DNA of 64,000 nucleotides from assembly GCA_965209055.1 (NCBI GenBank), contig OZ242374.1:2560001-2624000 (forward strand), given 5' to 3'. Positions 57,929-64,000 of this stretch are shown here, one piece after another. This DNA comes from Acidobacteriota bacterium. Lineage in GTDB: Bacteria > Acidobacteriota > UBA6911 > RPQK01 > JAJDTT01. Made by a program: the position numbers and the translations under genes. The notes beneath the pieces were generated by a model that was not told the DNA's origin, ran no database searches, and worked only from the letters and a program-made list of their open reading frames with translations. The first letter of the stretch is position 1. Each line of letters begins with the position of its first letter.

Positions 57929-59212
57929 ATGTCCCTGGAACTGCGAAACCGGATCTTCAAGCAATTGGACTCGATGTGGCTCATCGATCCCCACACCCAC
58001 ATCGACCCTCACCGGCCCGCCGCCGACACGCTGGCCGACATCCTGGGATATCACTACTACACGGAGCTGGCGCACTCCGCCGGCATGCCCCGGGAGGAGA
58101 TCGAAGAGCCGGGGGTCGGACCCCGGGAAAAGACCAGGCGGCTGATTGCCAACCTGGGGCCGGTGGAAAATACGGTCCAGTACAGTTGGCTGGTGGAGAT
58201 GGCCCAGTCGCTGCTCGGCTTCGAAGGCGACCGGATCACGCCGGACAACTGGGAGGCGCTCTACGATACCTCAGAGCGCCTCATGTCCTCGGCGACCTGG
58301 GAACAGGACGTGCTCCGGAGGAGCCGTCTCCGGCGCGTGTTCCTGACCAGCGATTTCGACGATCCCCTGGAGGGGTTCGATACGGAGTTGTACATCCCCT
58401 GTCTCAGGGCCGACGATCTGGTGTTCGGCCTCGCCGATCCTGCCGTCCGGGGGCGCCTGGAAAAAGCGGCAGGCGTCTCCGTCCACGACCCCGCAGGCTT
58501 GCGGAGAGCCCTTGGCTCCCTCTTCCGGCATTTCGCGTCCCGCAACGCCCGAGCGGCCGCGATCTCACTGCCGCCCGACTTCACTCCTGTGAAAATCTCC
58601 GAGCGAGAGGCGGCGGCCGCTCTGGACCGCATTCTGCCGGGTAGAGAAGACGGCGGCCTCCACTCGCGGCGATCGTTGTCCCATTTCGTTTTCTGGACGC
58701 TGGCCGAGTTCTGTGCCGAGTTCCGGCTGCCCTTCGACCTGATGATCGGGGTCAACCGGGGCGTTTACGAGGCCGGGGTCTTCCAGGGGCAGGACCTGTA
58801 TGACAGCCGCGTCTCGCTGATTCAGTACCGCGAACTGTTCAACGCCTTTCCCCAGGTGACCTTCCCCATCTCGGTGCTGGCCAGCGTCACGAATCAGGAA
58901 CTGACCAGCTACGCCTGGATCTTCCCCAACGTGGTGACCCACGGGCATTGGTGGTACTCCAACGCCCCCGCCTTTCTGGAAGGGGATCTGGCGGCCCGGC
59001 TGGAGACCGTGCCCGCCACCAAGCAGATCGGGTACTACAGCGACATGTACAAGCTGGAGTTCGCGCTGCCCAAGTTCGCCATGTACAAGAGGACCCTGGC
59101 CAAGGTGCTGGCCGAGCGGTTCGTCATCGATCGGGGCTGGCCGGAAGTTCGAGCCTTGGAACTGGGACGGCAGGTGTTGCGCGGCAACGTCGACGCCATC
59201 TTCGGGTTGTAG
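57929..59212 (+). CDS. Amidohydrolase-fold protein, uronate isomerase (UxaC)-like
   Basis: IDPHTH, YHYY, HWWY, YSDMY. Confidence 0.7.
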   Translation: MSLELRNRIFKQLDSMWLIDPHTHIDPHRPAADTLADILGYHYYTELAHSAGMPREEIEEPGVGPREKTRRLIANLGPVENTVQYSWLVEMAQSLLGFEGDRITPDNWEALYDTSERLMSSATWEQDVLRRSRLRRVFLTSDFDDPLEGFDTELYIPCLRADDLVFGLADPAVRGRLEKAAGVSVHDPAGLRRALGSLFRHFASRNARAAAISLPPDFTPVKISEREAAAALDRILPGREDGGLHSRRSLSHFVFWTLAEFCAEFRLPFDLMIGVNRGVYEAGVFQGQDLYDSRVSLIQYRELFNAFPQVTFPISVLASVTNQELTSYAWIFPNVVTHGHWWYSNAPAFLEGDLAARLETVPATKQIGYYSDMYKLEFALPKFAMYKRTLAKVLAERFVIDRGWPEVRALELGRQVLRGNVDAIFGL

Positions 59213-59237
59213 GAGGGGGGACAGTCTTGTCCCCCTC
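59213..59237. terminator. Hairpin between convergent genes (terminator or REP-like)
   Basis: GGGGGACA-GTCT-TGTCCCCC. Confidence 0.5.
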
Positions 59238-59262
59238 TTCGCTCTCGACCCGAAACCGGCGA

Positions 59263-60312
59263 CTAATACCCCGAAGCGTACTCCGGCTCCGGTTTCGGGA
59301 TGTCCACCTTGGCCAGGTAGATGCTCGTCTTCCCCTCGTGGGTCGAGTAATAGCTCATCCAGAGCATTCCCTCGTGCCACACCATCCCGGGGTAGCTGGT
59401 ATCCCCGCCGGAAGGGAGCCGAAGCAGCTCGGAGACGGTCCCGGCCTCGAGGTCCACCGACCAGAGGAGGGTTCTTCTGTCCCCGTCGGGAAGATAGAGC
59501 CGTCCCGAGGCCACCAGGCGCCCGTCGGGGAGGGAGATCAGGTTGGGGCCGCCGATTCGCTGACCGGAATCCTTCCAGTTCCACAGCGTGTAGGGCGGCT
59601 CCGAGACGCCGATCTGGGCCGAGTTGTCCTGCTTTCCGTCCCGCCGCAACAGGCAGACCGCGGTCCCGTCCTCAAGAAAGATGATGGTCGACTCGTTGGG
59701 GTAGCCGCGGCTGAAGAAGACGTTCACGTGCGTCTCGTACCGGACCCCGTCCCGGGTTCTGTAGAGCCGGGCGAATTCCTGCTGGCTGTTGCGACTGCTG
59801 TACGCTTCTCTCGTCGTGTAACCGGCCCCGTAGCCCGTTCCTTCGCGCCAGGACACTCTCCAGAGCCAGAAATCCGGTTCGCCCACCGGTTCCCTGGGAG
59901 TCCACTCCTTTCCGTCCTTGGAAAAGGAGACCCAGGGATTGTAGTCCTCCTGTTCGCCGCCCAACGACTTCCGCTCCGCGGCCAGCAGCATCAGCCTGCC
60001 GTCGGGTGTGACGCCGAGCTTGGGATCCCTCAGATCGTTTCCCGGTTCAGGCTGCATGTGGACGACCGAAGACCAATCCTCCCCGTCGGTCGAAGTGATC
60101 ACGCGGATGGAACCGTCATGGGAGGTGTGATCCTGGCCCTCGCGGAAGGTGCAGTACCACTGTTCCTGGAACCGGACCAGGTCGGTGAAGGCGCTGTGGG
60201 GAGCCTGGTCCCAGATCTTCTGGACCGAAACCAGCTTGGCGCCGGAAGGTCCGCACCCCGCCGCGGCGGCCAGCACCAGAAGCAATCGACAGCAACGGCT
60301 CCAACCTGACAT
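59263..60312 (-). CDS. Sialidase-like (BNR) lipoprotein
   Basis: Lipobox AAAGC; HSAFTDL, FREG..H, STDGEDW, DLRDP, GGDTSYPG, SYYS. Confidence 0.8.
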   Translation of the reverse strand: MSGWSRCCRLLLVLAAAAGCGPSGAKLVSVQKIWDQAPHSAFTDLVRFQEQWYCTFREGQDHTSHDGSIRVITSTDGEDWSSVVHMQPEPGNDLRDPKLGVTPDGRLMLLAAERKSLGGEQEDYNPWVSFSKDGKEWTPREPVGEPDFWLWRVSWREGTGYGAGYTTREAYSSRNSQQEFARLYRTRDGVRYETHVNVFFSRGYPNESTIIFLEDGTAVCLLRRDGKQDNSAQIGVSEPPYTLWNWKDSGQRIGGPNLISLPDGRLVASGRLYLPDGDRRTLLWSVDLEAGTVSELLRLPSGGDTSYPGMVWHEGMLWMSYYSTHEGKTSIYLAKVDIPKPEPEYASGY

Positions 60313-60379
60313 TTCGTCTCCCCTTCTTCGGTCCGAGTTGATCCAAGACCCCGCGGCCGCAGCAACCCACCTAAAACAA

Positions 60380-60454
60380 TGGAGCCGGCGAAGGGAATTG
60401 AACCCCCAACCTACGCATTACGAATGCGCCGCTCTACCGTTGAGCTACGCCGGC
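60380..60454 (-). tRNA. tRNA-Thr(CGT)
   Basis: GCCGGCG acceptor stem, TAGCTCAACGGTAGAGC D-arm, anticodon loop TT-CGT-AA, GGTTCAATTCC T-arm, encoded CCA; upstream TTGGCA-18-TATAAT. Confidence 0.97.
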
Positions 60455-60528
60455 TCCGAGTGGAGGAAAGGACACATTATAGGTACAAGTCCCCGGGACT
60501 GCCAACGAACCTGAGCCGAACCGGGAGT

Positions 60529-60858
60529 TCAGGACCGGGCTTGTTTGAGGGCGGCGGCCTGGGCCTTGGCGCCCATGTCCTCCGCCTCCTGGATCCAACC
60601 CTTCGCGTGGTAGAACATGGACAAGCTGGTGTAGGCCAACGGGTTGTCCGGTTCCACGTCCCGGTAGCGCAGGCCGTACCGGAGGGCCCGTTCCAGGTCC
60701 TTGTTGTGGTAGCAGCACATGGCCGCGGCGTGCAGGGCGTCGCCGTAGTCGGCGTCCTCTTCCAGCGCCCGGTCGAAGGCGGCGACCGCTTCGTCCATGC
60801 GGTCGTCGGCGAAAAGGTCCATCCCCTTCACGTAATGTTCTTCTTTGGACATCGGCAC
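60529..60858 (-). CDS. Small TPR protein
   Basis: TPR-like helices (AVAAFDRALEED, DVEPDNPLAYTSLS). Confidence 0.8.
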   Translation of the reverse strand: MPMSKEEHYVKGMDLFADDRMDEAVAAFDRALEEDADYGDALHAAAMCCYHNKDLERALRYGLRYRDVEPDNPLAYTSLSMFYHAKGWIQEAEDMGAKAQAAALKQARS

Positions 60859-60947
60859 CTCGAAGACATCGTCCTCCAGCCCCGGCGTTCAGTCAAGGCG
60901 CCGGACCGGCGACCCATGGTTCGTGAAATCCCGTCGTTCCGATTCGG

Positions 60948-62303
60948 CTACTCCAGCCGATTCCCGTCCGTGTCGTAGACCGACACGGGGCCAAAACGCG
61001 CCAGGTCCTTCTCGACCTGGGAACGGTCCGCCACCACCGTGATGACGGTCCGCCCCGAATCCAGATAGGTTCGAGCCGTTTCCCGGATCGTCTCCGGAGT
61101 CACCTGCCGCAGCCGCTGGACGTAGTTCCGGTAGTGGTCTTCCGGGAGGCCGTCCAGGCGGCGGCTGACCTCAAGATCCGCCACCGAATCGGAAGTCTCC
61201 AGGACGCGGATGAATCGTCCGGTCAGCTCCGCCCGGCAACGGTTCAACTCCCGGTTCCCGGGCGGCTCCCGCCTCAGGCGCTCCATCTCCTTCAGGCTCT
61301 CCTGCAACGACTCGGCCGCCACGTCGCTGCGCACGTCGGCGCCCATGAGGATGACCCCGTCGCGCCGGTACCATCTCATGACGCTGTAGGCCCCGTAGGT
61401 GTATCCCTTGTCCTCCCGCAGGTTCAGGAAGAGACGGGAGCTGGCGCTGCCCCCCAGGACCTGATTGGCCAGGAACAGGGGCGTCCCGTCCCGGTGGCCC
61501 CGGCGAAGCCCGCGCCCGGCCACGACGATCCGGGCCTGGACCGAATGAGGCCGGTGAACCAGCATCACCCGCCGTGATTCCGGGGCCGGCGGCAGCGGGA
61601 CCCGGTCCTGCGGGGGCGCCTCGCCAGTCCAGCGTCCCAGGTAACGCTCGGCCAGGCGTGCGGCCCGGTCCGGTGTCACGGCTCCCGAGAAGGCAAGCAG
61701 AGCTCCGCGCGGCGCCAATAGCCTCCCGTGCACTCCAAGCAACGCGTCGCGGTCCGCGTCCTCCACGTGCGACACGGGAAACGAGACTCGCGAATACGGG
61801 TGGCCGCGGTAGAGGGCGGCATGGCTCCGCTCCCGGGCCAGGAAGACCGGTTGGGATCGCTGCGACAGAAGGTGGCTTCTCCACCGGCTCCGGGCCTTCT
61901 CCAATTCCTCCTCGGGGAATGCCGGGCGCAGCACCAGGTCCGCCAACAGTTCCAGGGCCGGCTCCAGGTAGCGGGCCAGCACCGTCAGGGTGAGCCGGCT
62001 CTGCTCCATTCGGACCTGGGTGCCGTAGTGAATGGCCAACTGGTCCATGAGGTCCGCGATCTGCCGGGAGTTCCGGGTCTCGGTCCCCTCTTCCAGCAGC
62101 TCGACGGCCAGGCTCGTCAGGGCCAGGTTTCCGGTGGAATCGGAGGTGCGGCCGGTGGGCCAGGCCAGGCAGAGGGAAACCTTCGGAAGGGCGAATTCCT
62201 CCACCGTCAGAACCCGAAGCCCGTTCCCCAGGACGGCATCCGGAATCCTTGGATAGCCGGGTGTCGGCAACGCCGCTATCGGTGGGGGCCGATCCGTCTT
62301 CAT
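60948..62303 (-). CDS. M16 peptidase family, non-catalytic subunit
   Basis: LGNGLRV, EGT..R, PAFP, LGG..SSRLFLNLREDKGYTYG; no HxxEH. Confidence 0.9.
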   Translation of the reverse strand: MKTDRPPPIAALPTPGYPRIPDAVLGNGLRVLTVEEFALPKVSLCLAWPTGRTSDSTGNLALTSLAVELLEEGTETRNSRQIADLMDQLAIHYGTQVRMEQSRLTLTVLARYLEPALELLADLVLRPAFPEEELEKARSRWRSHLLSQRSQPVFLARERSHAALYRGHPYSRVSFPVSHVEDADRDALLGVHGRLLAPRGALLAFSGAVTPDRAARLAERYLGRWTGEAPPQDRVPLPPAPESRRVMLVHRPHSVQARIVVAGRGLRRGHRDGTPLFLANQVLGGSASSRLFLNLREDKGYTYGAYSVMRWYRRDGVILMGADVRSDVAAESLQESLKEMERLRREPPGNRELNRCRAELTGRFIRVLETSDSVADLEVSRRLDGLPEDHYRNYVQRLRQVTPETIRETARTYLDSGRTVITVVADRSQVEKDLARFGPVSVYDTDGNRLE

Positions 62304-62352
62304 GGCCTTTCCTTCACGCGTCTCCCCGGCCGGCTATGGGGCAAGCTCCCAC

Positions 62353-63657
62353 TCAACCCTGTCCCGCCTGCCCCGGCTCCACCAGAAGCAGGGTGCGGTT
62401 CTCGGGACGGAAGGTCCCGGCGGCCGCCCGGAGAATATCCTCGGACGTCGTCTCGGCATACCGGGACCATTCCCGGTTGATTTCCCCGGCGTCTCCGTAG
62501 AACACGGCGTGGTGGGCCAGGATCTCGCCCACGTCCGACACCTTCTCCAGCCGGCGGACGAAACGAAACGCCAACTGATTGCGCGCCTTCTCCAGCTCCT
62601 GCGGAGTCACCACCTCCCGGCACACCCGGCCCAGCTCGGCCTCGACTAGGTCCAGGACCGGGTCGACCGGGACGCCGTCCTGAATCTGCAGGAAGATGTC
62701 GAACATGCCCGGGCCGCGGTACTGGTTGGGTCCGGCCGACAGTCCGGCGACCCAGTTCCGTTCGTAGACCAGTTGTCGGTAGAGGCGCGAGGAGGAGCCG
62801 TCCGTCAGCAGCAGGGCGAGGATGCTCAGGGCGTAGTACTCGGAACTGCCCACGGGCGGCATGTGGTAGCCGGCGATAACCAGGGGAAGCACGGCCAGGG
62901 GGTCCCCGATCGTCTCCCGTTTCTCCTCCTGTTGAGACGGCTCCCGGAATACCGGCCGTCTGGATCGTGTCCGATCCGGAATCGGGCCGAAGTACCGATG
63001 GATCGATTCCAGGGCTGCGGCCTCCTCCAGGTCTCCCGACAGGACCAGCACGGCGTTTCCCGGTCCGTAGTGCGTCCGGTGAAACTCCCTGGCGTCGGCC
63101 AGGGTCGCCCGTTTCAGGTCTTCGACGGCGCCGATGATGGGATGGGCGTATTCCCAACTCTCGTAGGCCAGGTCGTCCAGCCTCAGAAAGGCTCGGCCGT
63201 AGGGCCGGTTGTCGTAACTCTGCTTCTTCTCTTCGATGACCGTCTGCCTCTGGTTCTCGAAATTCTCCGCCGTCACCTCCAGGGAATTCATCCGGTCCGC
63301 CTCCAGCCACAGCCCCAGGTCCAGGCAATTCGAAGGCAGCGTTTCGTGGTAGGCGGTGCGGTCCTTGCTGGTGGTGGCGTTCCAGCGTCCCCCCGCCTCG
63401 TCCACGTATCGGCCATGCTCATTTTTGGCCACGTTCCCGGATCCCTGGAACATCATGTGCTCGAAGAGGTGGGCGAGACCCGAAAGTCCCGGAACTTCGT
63501 AGGAGGAGCCGACCCGGTAGTGGAGGCTGATATGCACCAGGGGGACGCGGCGGTGGGGCCGCAGGATGACCTGGAGGCCGTTGGACAAGGTTTCCTGCCG
63601 GAACTGGACGTGTGGGATATCCAGACGTTCTCCTGCCGGGACGGGATCCGTTTTCAT
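62353..63657 (-). CDS. M16 zinc peptidase, catalytic subunit (probably leaderless)
   Basis: GLAHLFEHMMFQGS, NATT, LEADRM; TAGAAT 6 nt before the ATG. Confidence 0.92.
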   Translation of the reverse strand: MKTDPVPAGERLDIPHVQFRQETLSNGLQVILRPHRRVPLVHISLHYRVGSSYEVPGLSGLAHLFEHMMFQGSGNVAKNEHGRYVDEAGGRWNATTSKDRTAYHETLPSNCLDLGLWLEADRMNSLEVTAENFENQRQTVIEEKKQSYDNRPYGRAFLRLDDLAYESWEYAHPIIGAVEDLKRATLADAREFHRTHYGPGNAVLVLSGDLEEAAALESIHRYFGPIPDRTRSRRPVFREPSQQEEKRETIGDPLAVLPLVIAGYHMPPVGSSEYYALSILALLLTDGSSSRLYRQLVYERNWVAGLSAGPNQYRGPGMFDIFLQIQDGVPVDPVLDLVEAELGRVCREVVTPQELEKARNQLAFRFVRRLEKVSDVGEILAHHAVFYGDAGEINREWSRYAETTSEDILRAAAGTFRPENRTLLLVEPGQAGQG

Positions 63658-63672
63658 GCGGGGATTCTACCG

Positions 63673-64000
63673 TTATCGGGCGTCGAACTCGAAGAAGACC
63701 AGAGGTTCCTTGGCCGAAAAATTGAAGACCTCGGGGAGATAAAAGCGGCTCTTGGAAAGGTTCCATCCTTCCCACGGGATTTCGTAGAAGACCACGCCGA
63801 AATCCTTGGTGTAAGGCGCTATGAGCTTTTCGCCAAAGGATTTTTGCTCGAAGTCGGCGAGCATCTCCTCGCTGGCGACCCTTACTTTCCGGGACCCGCG
63901 GCGGCCGGGGCCCCGGGGCGGAAAATCCGAGAGCGGGGGCCGCCGCTTGTTGTTCAGGTCCGCCAGCACGTCCAGGTAGTGCATCGGACGGTGCTGGGTC
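63673..64000 (-). CDS. 3' part of an unidentified gene running off the window
   Basis: Open frame with coding-like codon use ending at TAA 63673; extends beyond position 64000. Confidence 0.55.
   Translation of the reverse strand, partial: TQHRPMHYLDVLADLNNKRRPPLSDFPPRGPGRRGSRKVRVASEEMLADFEQKSFGEKLIAPYTKDFGVVFYEIPWEGWNLSKSRFYLPEVFNFSAKEPLVFFEFDAR

Noticed and set aside
60380-60454. tRNA-anchored prophage or island
   Set aside because: No adjacent integrase; the only repeat of the 3' end noticed (TGGAGCCGGCGA near 7755) is 12 bp inside a CDS

Overview
High-GC bacterial chromosomal segment, most likely Acidobacteriota (inferred from a GWxTD protein, a sulfatase-like/TPR fusion and a carboxypeptidase-regulatory-type TonB receptor), with PVC-type DUF1501/PSD1 genes. 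It holds about 55 genes. Most encode exported or Tat/lipoprotein carbohydrate-active and envelope proteins, alongside housekeeping genes (mdh, AlaX, an M16 peptidase pair, tRNA-Thr(CGT)). Five small selfish modules are interspersed, all on the minus strand: MazEF, Fic, VapBC, HigBA-like and an AAA-DUF4143 ATPase. Most notable: (1) a diverged duplicated module sharing a 39-bp 16-7-16 inverted-repeat operator with the AAA-DUF4143 gene; (2) a carbamoyltransferase-sxtJ-sxtK-like triad split by an ~8-kb block bracketed by two TA pairs; (3) a TMTC-like GT-C / GWxTD / Thr-nucleophile 'sulfatase' envelope cluster; (4) 11-bp-phased repeat arrays upstream of fic; (5) covarying REP-like hairpins; (6) a CTG-initiated L,D-transpeptidase; (7) a 30-aa hydrophobic peptide behind a structured leader. 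All family calls come from motif recognition by eye, not database searches.
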